NCBI GenBank assembly: GCA_964036045.1
Contig: OZ038378.1
Location: 182,342,001 to 182,406,000 of the forward strand
Direction of reading: 5' to 3'
DNA: 64,000 bases
From: Eutreptiella sp. 'Long Island Sound 2002'
Taxonomy: Eukaryota > Protista > Euglenida
Part shown: positions 11,940 to 24,606 of the stretch, piece by piece
Numbering within the stretch: the first letter of the stretch is position 1
Layout of the letters: every line of letters begins with the position of its first letter
Program-made: the position numbers and the translations under genes
The notes under the pieces: generated by a model
The model's input: only the letters and a program-made list of their open reading frames with translations
The model's database searches: none
What the model was told of the DNA's origin: nothing

Positions 11940-13928
11940 TTTGTATTGTAAGACGGAGCCTTGGGGAAGGGCGGAGGGGTCTTGAACTAACCCCGCCCCC
12001 CGCGCGTGCAAATGGAGACATGTGGGAGACATATCATACAACCGCTGATGCTGCGAGACCGCCTTTGCGTGAGGCGTCCCATTGCACAACCGGTATCCAC
12101 GTCTCAACCCATGCCCAAAACAAAAGCCGGATGCAACTCCCCATTCGCAGTGCGGCCCCCATTGTAACGAAGCGCCCGGCGCCTTCAGGCAGCGCCTGTT
12201 GAGGACCACTTCGCTGCATCTTAGAGGCCACTTTTTGCTTCAGTGTGTCACCTTCAGAGGCACTGCTGTGTGATCTCTCCCGGGGCTTATCGCTTCCACC
12301 CAATGCCTTCGGCGTGCTCCTGCTTTCGGTAGCGACCTCAGCCACTGAATCTTGGAGGACGGGCCGAGGCCATTGTTGTCAGTCCCCTTCAATCCCCGAC
12401 ACACACATCTTTGTCACCGCCCTGAAGTTGTCTATGAAAGTCTGGGCTGGATTGTTTTATGACCCCTGCCACACATTGAGGCTGTGCATGCTGGCTCAAT
12501 AGGAAGATTGGGGCTGCTGTGTTGTTTACCCTTGGTCCTCCTTGAAGGTTCCATAACAAACACATTACATTTCGAAGACCCTCGTGGGCGAATCCACCGG
12601 TGTTCGGCCCCTCAGCAGCGCAGTTGCACTATCACACAAGATGACGTAAGGTACAGCAGAAGCAGGCAGTACTCGGTAAGAGAAAGAGAACTTCCCTGCG
12701 AATGTTGGGTTTACTTCGGTGGCTCCTTCCCCAGGGGCGTAGCGCCTCCAATTGTGTACACTTCCGTTTCAGCCGCCGAATATGTACCCCACAACCCAAA
12801 AGAAGAGCGCCAAACTGCTAATTCCATTGTTGTCAACTTTGGATAACATGGGGTTGTGCCACCTAGGCACACGGGCGGGGGGGGGGGGGGCAACTACAAC
12901 CGGTCCTAATGCGACAACCCCCCCCCCCCCAGCTATCTGTCAAAACTTGGGGGGGGGGGGTGGGGGGGCAGTTTGGGGGGTCGGCTGGAGGGTTTGTGGG
13001 GGGGGGGGGTTCGGCCGCGGGGGGGGGGGTTCCAAGGTGGGGGGGCCTGCGCGCAACCCACTACTACCACATGCATACCTCCAGGGGGGATGTGTGTCTG
13101 GGGGGTTGGGGGTACGGAGGTATGTATGTGATAACAGTGCTTTCTCGTCTTTGCCGGGAAGAAAGTCTTAAGGGTCGCATGGAGGATGCAGGATCTTCAC
13201 TTCGCAACAAACGACATTTGTATAGCGCCTCATCTTGCTAATCTGGCGCTCAAAACATGGATGGTTTGATGAAACGGAAGCATGCACAACAAAACTTCGG
13301 TGCCGTTGGCTCCATGGCCCCGACACCACTATCTCTCAAAACCCGGGGGGTGGGGGGTGGGGGGTGTCGCACACACGGACCGGGCCCGGCTGCCCCCTCA
13401 GGCCTAGGCACAGATTCATGTATTTCTGTTTTCTATTTCTATTTCTTTCATAGTTGACTGCGGGTGGTGTGCAATCTATTTTGTTTTTTTTTGTTGCTGT
13501 GTTTATATATGCAATCAGATGTAGATTGTGTTCTCTGTGGGCTGCCACACCTTTTTGCCAAGCCAATTGTGCTTTTAAGCACGCTCTCATCAATCAGGCA
13601 TCTCGCACCAATACCCACACCGTGTATAATTTCTGTTTTTTGCACTTACAAAAAAGAGCTCTGATTTCCTCATTGGTGTTAAATTGGCACTTGATTTCTA
13701 ATTGATTCCCCTGTCATACCATTCGGCCATTCTCTTGACAGTGCACAGGAGAGCATCTTTTGCATTTGCAGCCCTGCGCCCACCAAGAATATGCTGCCTC
13801 CATAATTATGCTGGATTCTTCCCCCAATTGAATCCACACTGCATCTCCCTTTAGGTTTGGCAACATGAGCCGAGCATGCCTAGACAGGGCATGGGGCCAG
13901 TTGTTGTGTGAATTCAGATGGCATAGGC

Positions 13929-15106
13929 AGGGGGGGGGGAAAAATGCGGTCGCCGGGATTGGAAAAAAATGCGGAAAAATGCGGAAAAAATGCGGAAAAT
14001 GCGAGAAAAAATGCGGCATAAAATGCGGTTTTGCTACAATGCTATAGGACTCCCAAAACCCCTATGTTTATCAAGACGCATGTTGATCTGTTGACACCAT
14101 CGCTCCATCAATGTGAAGACTACGGCCCCGGCTCAACATGCAAAGCGTGGTAGGGAAGTCTCACCCTTCTACTGTGGTTTAGGAGGAGGGGCGTTACACC
14201 CTCGGCAAGAAGCAGCAGAGCCCCATCATCTGTCCACTCATCAAAAAGTAGTGTGGTGTTGCGGTCGGCAGTCTTCTTGTGAATTGCTCCTCGGTGCCCG
14301 TCAAGCACACGCTGGCCGTTGACTTTGGGGAAGTCAGAGCTGCCTTGCGGCAAGCAACCGGCAATGGTGGTGTACTTCTGCAACCAAGCACGCACAAGGG
14401 GGTGATCCAGCTTGTCCAACGGGATGCCGGCACCGGCGAAGGCAAAGACCGTATCATCAGCGGCCTTGTTCTTGTCGTTGCATGACGCCACAACGGATTG
14501 TAGGCTGGGCTGCCTCATTGCGGCTTTATGAGGTAGAGCATCTGCCTCTGCCTCTAGGCGGCGCTCGACCCGTGCCTTCTCCCTCTTCTGCATAGTCTCA
14601 ACGGCCACCTGGTGCTTTTTGGAGTCCAAATGACATTGGACTGTGCTCTTCGTTGTGTGGCTCACGGGGCATCCACACGCATCGCACCATAGTACTTCAA
14701 TACCAAGATCATTGGTGCGGAGACTCAGGGGATGGCCAGGGAATTGTTCCTTCCGCTTCCCAGGGCCCATGGTGCAATACTTTGCGCCGGCACCACCTCT
14801 CCCCTTACCACGTACTTTGCGGCGGGGTGGGCTATTTCCATCATCAGATGTGGGCTCAGAAGGAGGGCAATGGGAGGGCATAGCATGTGACATGTCTAAG
14901 GGAAAAGGAGCCATGTAACAAACAAAAGTGGCGGTGTTGGGAAGGTATGCAAACACTGACTTGACTACAAAACTACCCTTTAGTTGAACTACACAATGCC
15001 ACTTGAATGTATCCTCTTGAACATTACACTAAGGGACCTGCCCAGAAAATGCGAAAAAAAATGCGGAAAATGCGAAAAAATGCGAATCGCATTTCCCCCC
15101 CCCCCT
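13929..15106 (-). mobile_element. Internally deleted hAT-superfamily (CGGBP1-like) DNA transposon
   Basis: TIRs are AG(10-11)A(3-5)TGCG. The direct repeat GCATAGGC sits at 13921-13928 and 15107-15114. Subterminal AAAATGCG repeats occur at both ends. The element encloses a transposase-like ORF. Confidence 0.85.
14120..14956 (-). pseudogene. Truncated hAT/CGGBP1-like transposase (N-terminal zinc finger plus start of the DDE domain)
   Basis: Contains WCDACGCPVSHTTKSTVQCHLDSKKH (C2H2 finger), FAGAGIPLDKLDHPLVRAWLQKY (CGGBP1/hAT-like segment) and LLFDEWTD (first catalytic Asp). Resemblance is lost after that and the ORF is far shorter than a full transposase. Confidence 0.72.
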
Positions 15107-18100
15107 GCATAGGCCAGGTGTTCAGTTGCTCGGACCTTTTCCAGCACTTGTCGGCTCCGAAGATAGAACGTTGTGCCCCCCCCCCCCCTCCCCCAACGCG
15201 GGGGCTCCCTACATGAAACCACCATGGACTACATGCCCAGCAACACATGAGGCCCCCGTGCTGGACCGCTGCCACAAGCAATATGCCACCCCATGCCACA
15301 AAACACCGAGACGTCCCTGTGCACCTGACGATGCCATGTTCACCTCAATGTTGAGGGTTGGATGCTTGATCACCGCAGGGGTTTGGATTTGGGGGCCCCT
15401 TGGGGCCTGGGACTCGGGTGCCTACGGGTCTGGGGTCCAGCAAACAGTGATGACCGGCGCAGAGTAGGCCCTCAAGTGCAATGCCAATGGGATCCGTACC
15501 ACAAACGAGACTCCTCATCAATGCGGGCCTCTCTCTGCGGGGGAGCGCATCAGTGAACAATGCCTTTGCGTTGGGTCAGCCATGTGCCTCGGACAAAGAA
15601 GGGGGTGCCCATGATGCGCTGGGGGTGGGAGCGGGGGGGGGGGGGGGCAGAGGGTGATTGCCAGAGCGGCTGCAAACACGGTTATGGGCGGTTGGACAAG
15701 CGCTTGCGTGGCAGGCACGGGCAGTTGAACAACTGTTGGAGGGCAGCTGGCAGCAGTCAAAGGCAGTTAGAACGGAATGGCCCCACAGCCTGAAGGAGGA
15801 GGGGGGGGTACCCAACCCCTTCAAGCGCATCTTTGGCGGGGTGCTGCAAGGCAGCAGCGCAGGCAGAGGGCAGCAGATCTGGGGGGTTGAGTGTGCATGT
15901 GGGGGCGGGGAGGGGTGCCCCTCTGCATCTGCCCCTTTGTGCCTTGGACACGGCCGTGCCTTGCACAGGTCCCATGGGACATCAACCACAGGAACGTGTC
16001 CCCCTCACGCCATTCCCGGGTGCGAATACGCAGCACATCCGGGCCATGATCGGCTCTTGCCGCCGGCTCACACTGAACAGAGGGCACCCTGATGCTTGGG
16101 ACAGCGCCCAGCTCCACCTGGGGCTCGATCACAGTACCCCCTGATCGGCGGCATGCGCCGCGCCACGTGGCCTCTTACCTCTCCCCATACCCCACACCCG
16201 CTCCACACGGCGCTCTCTCTCAAACTGCACTTGGAAGCGCCATGGATGCTTTGTCTAGGCATTGCTTGTCCGCCAGAACGAGCTGAGGCGCCGCGGGATG
16301 ATGGGCTGGCGATTGCCAAGTGGCTGAATTCCACCCACGAACCCCTTGACTGTACGAGATGACCCGCACGCCGACCATACCTCGGGGAAACTCTGGCAGG
16401 GGCATCGAGAGCCATCTGCTTGAGAGTGCCCAAAGCCCACGGTGGGCTGGACTGTCCAGTTAGTGACGCAGACTTCCCCCGCAGGAGGAACTCGGGCTAT
16501 TGCACGTGTGCACGAGCGGCAGTCAGCACAAAGCCCAGAAAGAACATTGGCTTGTCAGTGGCCTAGAAGACCATAGGTACCTTTCTGTCACAAAGAGTGA
16601 GACACGAAGACGCCAGTGGACAGGCTACTAACAAGCAAAGCGGTAGTGGTGCAGCGGCACATCGTTGACCACTGCTAGGCAGCAGCCATCGGATCTGTCA
16701 GTCAATTACTGGGTTCACAACTTCTGCAAAGACAGCCGCCCCCTCCCCCGGGGGGTAAAGCCCCAAGCGGATGGTTTTGGACGGATCCAGGAGGGGAGTT
16801 CGGGAGGATAATACAGGGAAATCGTGCCACCAGTCAGCACAAAATGGGCTGCAAGCGGCTGCATGAGGCATGTGCCAGGAGGCGTAGGCACCTGCAGAAC
16901 AGACAACATTAAGCTGCATCCACCGATGCAATCGAAAGAAAATAGTGTCACCGGTGGGGGGCAAGCAATATACTGCTTGCTGACACCAGCGAAGGGTGTC
17001 AACGTCCCGAACCGTGAAACTGATAATGCGGGACACTACGGAGTGCAACACGCGCAGAACGGTCGACTGAGGGCACCCAGATAAACAAACGATTCGGGTT
17101 CAGGTCGCGATGCTGAGCAAACACGACATCCATGAGTGGAGAACAGGTTGGACATTCAAAACGGCACTGACAATGATGCTTGATATGTGTTTGTGGGCAT
17201 CTACGTGGAGTGTCTGGAGGGTCACAGTATATTTCAAATGCCATGTGGATGTCAGCCCAGAGGGCTGAGCGTAGACCACTGGGGTGTGTGATCCATGGGC
17301 ATGCACAGTGAAGCCCATAGATGTGGGGGGGTTTAGCACAAGGCCTCGGTATCTGATTGTTTGCCTTTGGCGGCGCCTATTGGCCTCTCGCCGCTGCTCA
17401 TTCTGACCCTCTGTGGGCCCGAACGTGTTTTGGTTGTGTCAACGGAGCCCCTGGATGACTTGTCCTGTGTGTGGGGGGGGGGATCATGCAAGTGCCTTTG
17501 CAAACCCGTATTCCATCAGTCATGCAGTCGCACAAGACGGGCAACTGCCAGGTCTCCGATAGGACGTCACAGACCTGCTGCATCTCTGTCGCTGCTGTGG
17601 AGCAGCGGGCACCCACCCACACGTTGTCCCAGAAGTGGGCGAGGGACACGGTGTTGCCCCAAGGGGTCGACCACGGGGGGTGAGCGCAGCGTGAAAAATT
17701 GAGGCGGCCGATACAGCGCCCCACATGGAGCGAAGGTCTGCGCTCTGGGCGCTGAAGGGGCCGCCCACAGGTACTGCTCCCGTGAAACTCCATATCACCC
17801 CTGATGCTCATGTGCATGTGTCTGTGAGTAGGGGGAAATAAATGAGGCTTTCAGGTCGGAATGATGCAGGTGGCAAAAGGGGTTCAAGGTGCCCATGCCT
17901 GCGCGATCAAGGTTCTTGTTGTCCCTATGGATTGCCCCCCCCCCCCCCCTCCCAAAGTACGTAGGACCCCACGAAGAGCCACTGCATCACTGGCGCCTGA
18001 GAAGGAAGGGGAGGGGGGGCTGCCATAAAGGCTGAGTCACGGCCTTCAAGCGGTGACCCCTCCAGTGAGCACCGCTGTTCTGATCCGCGCTGTGTCTGCT

Positions 18101-18154
18101 TCTGGGGCCACGTTCGCTCGGTGACGCAGCAATTGCGAAGGACGGGACACTTGT

Positions 18155-21100
18155 TTACGTAGGAGCACGGCTCTTCAAAGACTGCACGTGATGTATGGTC
18201 ATGGACGGCAGAATGCAGCACGTCAGCTGGCCTCCGTAGCAACAGCCAGTGTCGAGTCCTGCAGCAACGAAGTGCACGCTTTGAGGGGGTGGGGGTTTGG
18301 GGCTTGCTTCTGCCGCCCTCTTCCGGTGCACTCTGGGTGGTGAGTCCAGCCTACTCTTCCCCAAGGGGCACCGATAGAAATGTGCAGTAACGCACCCGTT
18401 GTACCAACTGCAACTACCACACCCCTGGGCCAGGGGCATGTTGGTACTGATAGTGGGCAAACTGCCCAGGGACTACCCACAGCAGATGCAACGGTCGAGT
18501 GCATTGCGCCGACCCGGAACCACCACCGGGGGCTCTTAGCAAGGAGAAGAGAGGAGGGTGGGGGGTCTGGAGCCCAAAATTTTGTGTACCAAAAATTGCC
18601 TGATAAATATTTCCTTTTGCAAATTTCATTTTTTCCTACTTTATGAAATCTGCGTACAGGCAGGGGGGGGGGGGCAGGGGGCTCCTCCTATGGTTGTCAG
18701 CCGTTCTATTACATCCTTGGCTCTCCGAGTGTCCTCTTCAGGGGGCTGCCTCTTCAGAGGCGCCCAAGCCACAGGGTCTGCGCAGTGGACCAGCCCACAA
18801 ACCAAATCCGTCTTTATGGGTTGCCCCCCCCCCCCCCCAAGTCACACACAGACACAGCGCCACCCAGGGGGGGGGGCACCAGCCAGGAGCGCAAGCCAAT
18901 GGGTAGGCCCAAGAGACCTCCACAGGGGGGATCGGTGGTGGATTCCAGGGGGGGAGGGGGGATTCGCGGCACCTGCTGCCACTGACAGGCAGAACCAGCG
19001 GTCCGATGCGTTGCGGGGCGCAGCTATCATTTGTGAAAACCCTTCGACAACAATACCCCTGCAAGTGTACGCCCTAACCCCGCAGCCCCCAACTGGCACA
19101 CTTCCTCAGTATTTATGGCAAGCCACCCCACACACCCCGCCATCTCGGAGAAAAACCGTCCACGATCCAACCCATATCCTGGTATCAACCTGCTGCAGGG
19201 CTGAGGCACTACTGGGTGTGAAGGCCCACCCATTTGAAAGGCAGAATGCCTGGACAGACTGTGCACCAGTGACATGCAGCACTTGGCGGACACTGCAAAG
19301 CCCGGAGCACCACCTAACTAAAATACAGAACTCCTTACGGCCCACGGCAGAGCGCTAGCGCAACAAACACCAAAAGTACACGGTCAGGTAGGCCCCAGTG
19401 CAGGACCATGTTGCCTCATCTCGCCTCCGGCCATTCCAGTAACCAACTCTGTGCCATCGCACTTACAACAGCCGAAGGTTACCCTGGGTGTGGATGCCTG
19501 TTTCCCTTCACAAATGAGACTGGAATGCTGTGCGACTCATGTGCTGACTTCTGGCTGACCCGGTCCGACCTGAAAAGGAGCTCTCGGCCGGTTGGCTTCG
19601 GTAGCAGGATCCCGCAATGCGCATTGTTGTTTGCATTGGTCAGGGAAAGCAAAGGCCAAAATGGGCTGATGCAGTTCCCTCCCCAAAGGTCATCCGTAAC
19701 ACAACCAGCAAGATCAGTCATGGGAGTCCCTCATGGCCACCGCACTGCCCCTGCACAGTACCCCCCTTGCGCAAGCACTAGGAACGTCAGGCAAAGGACG
19801 GTCAGACCAGGTCCCGGTGCTTGGACAAGGCGGTGCTTCCGCGCAACGTATGTCACCAAAAAAAGCACAATTGTTGTAACAGGGCCCTAGAACACAATGT
19901 GCAGGCAAATTTCAGCAAGTTCGGGAGGTCCTCACTGCCCATCAGGGGCATCAGGAGCTGTGGAATAGAAGCTCTTTCCAACGTTGCGCCTCATCTTGAA
20001 CAATTGCATATGCTTGCCCTTTGGGGCAGGCTTTGGAGCAGGCTTGGCTTCAGGTTTTGGAATGGGTTTGGGCTTCCTATTCCTCTGCTTCTCTGATGGC
20101 GATGGGGATGGGCTACCGATTGAGAAGAGGACACAGTCAAGAGGGGCATGATGCTCAACCTCATGCCCATTCCTCATGTATTTGAGATGAATGAAATCAT
20201 CCCGACGAGTAGAACGACCAATAATAGTGGCAGGCACCTGCTCACCGGTGGACCGGATGTACATGACAGCCAAGCTAGGAGGAACAACAGTAGTCATAGC
20301 TGAAAATCACATCAAAACAAACAGCAGTCAGTTGCAGTACCAAGCATAATGTTGTTATGAGAACTCATCCCAAACATGACACAGCCCTTGTTTCCCTCGA
20401 CAATCGGCACACAATCACGTTCTGCTAAATTTCTGACCCTAAAAACTGTGGTCAGAAAAACGATGGTCAGACCGGGTCCCAGTGCTTAGACAAGGCAGTG
20501 CTTCCGCAGGGGGGGTGGGGAGGGTACCTATGGCATATGGGTGGTGCTGCAGGCCTCGCTTGGCATCATGTCCAAATACGACGGTTTGGGGGCCCGGCCA
20601 CAGACTGGCCCAGGGGACACCTGCACACGTGGCAGACCGCCAGGGCGCTGCACTCTTTACACCAACGCAGACGAGGCACCGGTCGCTGCATCCGCAACAG
20701 GACCCTGGGAGCACGTGATCGTATTTGTCAGGGGAGGACGCTGGTGTCAGTGCGTAAGCGACGGTAATGGCCGGTGATTGTGGAGCAGGAGAAGTGGCGC
20801 ACGGCACATGGCCTCGCGGACAGGCATGGCCCGAGCCCCAGAAATGGAATGCGAGCGGACAGACATGGCGACAGGACCTGAATTGCCGTCCGTGGGCTCC
20901 GCGCCCACGAGCGTCCGCATGTGCATCGCGTCGTACGAGTTCTGCTCGTCAATCGGGCACTGCGGCACGAGCCCTGAGAGTGCGAAGACGCCGCCACGCA
21001 GCCGTAGTGGCCGCCACGATGGGGTCGTCTGGGGCCTCGAGACCGCACGGCGCGGGAGGAGGGGGGGAGGGGGGGGTGTTGTGGTCCCGTCCTCGGGGGC

Positions 21101-22075
21101 TTTGGACACCAGATCCGGTGAAGCGACGTGGCCGTGTTTGTGAGCGCATGCCTTTGCGCAGTCTTGTAAGGCTGTAGTGGCGGGAGGGCGGCAGGCTCCG
21201 CCCCGCATATGCACCGGTACCTGCGTACCCTCAACACCGCCCCATCAACAATGCCAAAGGCACTTTGTTGCTCGGACTTGTCACGACTGGCGTTGTTCCC
21301 AGAGGTCTTTCCCCGAGGGCTTTGCCATAAAAGCCGAGTAAGTGTGCTGGTTGGTACTTCCATGCGTGACCACTGGTTGGAAATTTTGGAAATAAATTGC
21401 TGACACTGCTTGTCCCATGCCACAGTCCGATAGGTGAAAATGTCACTCTACTCTCAAGTGCTGCTTCTGCCCCTTGGCATCCCTCCCATGCCCGCGCCGG
21501 CTTCACATTCAGTCATTTCCATGACAGTGAAGTTCGGAGGGTGCTCACGACCACCGAGGCAGGAGTAACACGACGTCCCGGATCACCAAATGTTACCCCT
21601 CAGGGCTGCACACCACTTCCAGGTACTGTGACGTTAATTCCGCGGGGCCAGGCATTGCTGACTGCGAAAAGAGCGACAGGCCATTTGGCATCTACCTGGT
21701 CATTGAGCCACTCCGCAAGCGACTGAAGGCGAGCCCTGAGATTCCCCCGGCCCCCTGCCAATGGCGGCGACGCCAGCGCTCCCTGGGCCGTCCACGACCC
21801 TGATCCCTCTCCAACAACAGCGCCAACGATCATCCCTCCGGTCGAATTCACAGAACTGCACACAAGCCCCAGTGAACCCTGCCCCCCCCACACACACGAA
21901 CCGTGAGACAAGAACAGAGCAAAGAAAAGCGGTTGAAGAAAACTCCTCAGGAATTGCAGAGCAGTCCTAGATGTCTTTCGGTCTGTCGATGAAAGCACAG
22001 GGCAATGCTTTGCAAGCAGATTGGTTGTTCACCAGACCTCAATTCAATTCAATTCAATTCAATTTCAAGTCACCA

Positions 22076-22107
<32 letters not shown>

Positions 22108-22844
22108 AGCATGCACTGCTATCACATTGTACTGCGGGATGTCAAGAACGTGTGGGGCATTTCGTAGGTATTCCAAAGCATCAGGAGGAATGGACCTGCA
22201 CAACAAAATACGTCACATCTGACGCCCACATCTGCTGTCCCGGTCCGTGGTCTGCAGTGCCACAGTCCTCGTAGACCGGGGGTCCTCTGAAGCCTGCCTC
22301 TTCCGACCCAAACCAACCCAAACTCGCGGCCTCCGGACACACCGAGCGAGGGATGCATGCTCCGACGAGGGTTTGGAGAAAGAGACGGTGGCGTCGGGCC
22401 CTGCTGTCCGTAGAGCCTCGGACCAGCGTAGCACGAGCCAGTCGTGGTTGCCCAGTACTGTGACAGCCCCCAGCTCCAGGCATTTGCGGATCACGTCCCA
22501 CGGCTTTGGCCCCTACACAAAAGTGATGCCCATGGAATGGGCAAAAACTAGCGGCAAAAAAAAAACCGGTATATTTTGCCCTCCTTTGAAACAGTGCCTT
22601 CTGAAGAAGGGGAGAGCTTCGCACTTCCCACTGCGCTCTTTCCGGTCCTGCCGGGCTGTCCCCGGTTGCCCTCCTAGACACGCTGCACGCGGGCCGAGTG
22701 CTCCAAGCAACGCAGGGGCACCTTAGCAACTAGATCCCCCAGCATCACTAACGTATCCACGTCCGGCACAAAAGAGACCGCATCCAACAGCAGCTGAAGC
22801 TCATCGGCACAACCATGCGCATCCCCGACCAACACGATACGCCC
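18155..22844 (-). CDS. ALPH: ApaH-like phosphatase (calcineurin-like metallophosphoesterase, PPP family); 5' end unresolved
   Basis: GT-AG exons on the minus strand: 22844-22722 ([11 protein letters not shown]...GDLVAK), 22512-22343 (GPKP...VLGNHD), 22195-22107 (...VIAVHA), 20973-20878 (GLVP...DAMHMRTL), 20620-20528 ([25 protein letters not shown]), 18258-18155 ([13 protein letters not shown]...stop). All phases are compatible. The GDxHG, GDLVxKG, GNHD, HAG, FGH and DTGC motifs are all present. Confidence 0.92.
19932..20297 (-). CDS. Uncharacterised 121-aa ORF carried by a repeat element inside ALPH intron 5
   Basis: ATG is preceded by TGTTTGTTTTGATGTGATTTTCAG-CT, an acceptor-like sequence. 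The ORF has a globular-looking N-terminal half and a Pro/Lys/Ala-rich tail. A homologous upstream region and similar ORF occur at about 38890-39430. Confidence 0.4.
   Translation of the reverse strand: MTTVVPPSLAVMYIRSTGEQVPATIIGRSTRRDDFIHLKYMRNGHEVEHHAPLDCVLFSIGSPSPSPSEKQRNRKPKPIPKPEAKPAPKPAPKGKHMQLFKMRRNVGKSFYSTAPDAPDGQ
22039..22106. repeat. (AATTC)n and (CA)n microsatellites; the (CA)n run forms the donor side of ALPH intron 3
   Basis: CAATT repeats at 22040-22064 and a CA run at 22077-22106. On the minus strand the exon ends GCTG|GTGTGTGT... Confidence 0.9.
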
Positions 22845-24606
22845 CTGTTTGTTGCGGCTACAAAGAGGCGCGGGTGGCGGTCGGCGGGCACAATCAGGGC
22901 GCGCTGTTCCCCATGCCGGTCGCTGCGATTGGGGTCATGGCGCTGATGAGAGAGGTTTTTTTCGCACCCCTCTTTACGCCCTTGTAGACCCCCCCCACCC
23001 TCGCCAAGCCTGAGTTTGAAGGCCAAGAAGGCCAGGGCCCCAGGTCAAGTGCCAGCGATCAATGGCCAACGGCTGGCGGCCCACCATCAATTGAATTAAC
23101 GTCCCTCTTAAAAGGGACTTGCGCCGAGTTGATGTCCTCGTGTGATCCGGTGTAACCACAAGCCCCAGTTTCAGGTCAGGCTAGACATGTGCGGCTGACC
23201 GGCAAACAGTATGGAGGGAAAGAGAGAAACTTGTGCCCTACGGCGCCTGACTTGTTGCAGTATCGACAGCGAAGCAGCAGGGGATGGAGGGTGGGGGGCG
23301 CACCGACCTGCGGCGGGCATTACAAGTTGATGAGAGAGGAGTTCGTATGCAAGTGCCGGATTGCACGTACACAGCGGAACAGCTGCATCACAACGCCGCA
23401 TGCTGCATAAACACTAAATTGCATAATAGAATTCAGGTGGCTGCACGAGCCTCTTCAGGTCCAAATTGCTGCTGACCTTGCCCACTCCCTTACACAATAG
23501 CGGCCTGTACCGTAATAGGCGTCTGCCCTCCTGAATACACGACGGTGTGCTCCCTCTCTCGCCCCATAGGCCATTGTGAGTGCCTCACATCAACAGATAC
23601 ATATCTGGCAAACGAACATAACAACAACTCCCACCACTACACAGAAACGCAGGGGAAAGGGACACTTACTTGGGGTCAGGGTAGGGATAGGCGAAACCCG
23701 GACTCAATCAAGAATGAATATTGGGACCAAGCTGGTCAGGGAACATCCGTAAAAGGGGCTCAAGAAGGACGTCTGCTGACGGATCCCATGAACGCTTCAT
23801 CCCACCACAACATCCCCCAGCAAAACCCCATGAAGGACCCTAAGGACCCTAAGGACAAATACCCCCTTGCTCCCACTAAGAGACCTGTCCTATATGATCC
23901 AGGGGGCAAGAATGGTTCAAGGATAGCTGAAAATAGCTTAAAACTAACTGTTTGAACGTCCCAAATGATCCAGGATCACTTTTGGCAAAATGCTTTTTCC
24001 AACCCCCTTTTGCCCCCTTTTTGGTCCAAAAATGGCACTTTTCAAGGCTTTTTGGGAACATGCAGGGGTCTCTATGAGTCGAAAACAACTCAAAACTGCC
24101 TAAAACCACTTGTTTGGTCACCCCAGGTGGTTTATCAACAACTTTGGGAAAAGGCATTTGGGACCACTTTTTGACCCATGTGGTGCCATGCATGCTCATG
24201 CACATTTTTAAGGAAGGCCACCATTGACAAATTTTCCTACTAGCGCCTTCATTGAAAATGGATGTAATGGTCTGTATCGATTGAGCCCTTGTCCCTAACC
24301 CCACTGCCCCAGTTTTCAGGGGCTCTAGTGACCGGTGAAAATGCGACTTCCCCTTCCCGGCACAACAGACCCACCCCAACTTGGGGTCCCGATGCAGTGG
24401 TTTTGCAGACTATGGGATTGAGCAAAAGAAATGTCCGGTGTTGTTATGAGGCATTTAGACGTGCAATTGTGCCACTAGACTAAACCGGTTTCATGAGCAC
24501 ATGTGCCCCTTGCAGGCGCAACACTGCATCTTTTGCTACCAGATCCTTGTCCAGGAGTGTAGGGGTTAGCATAAGAGCACTCAGCAGACCTGTAACCCTA
24601 TGACAA

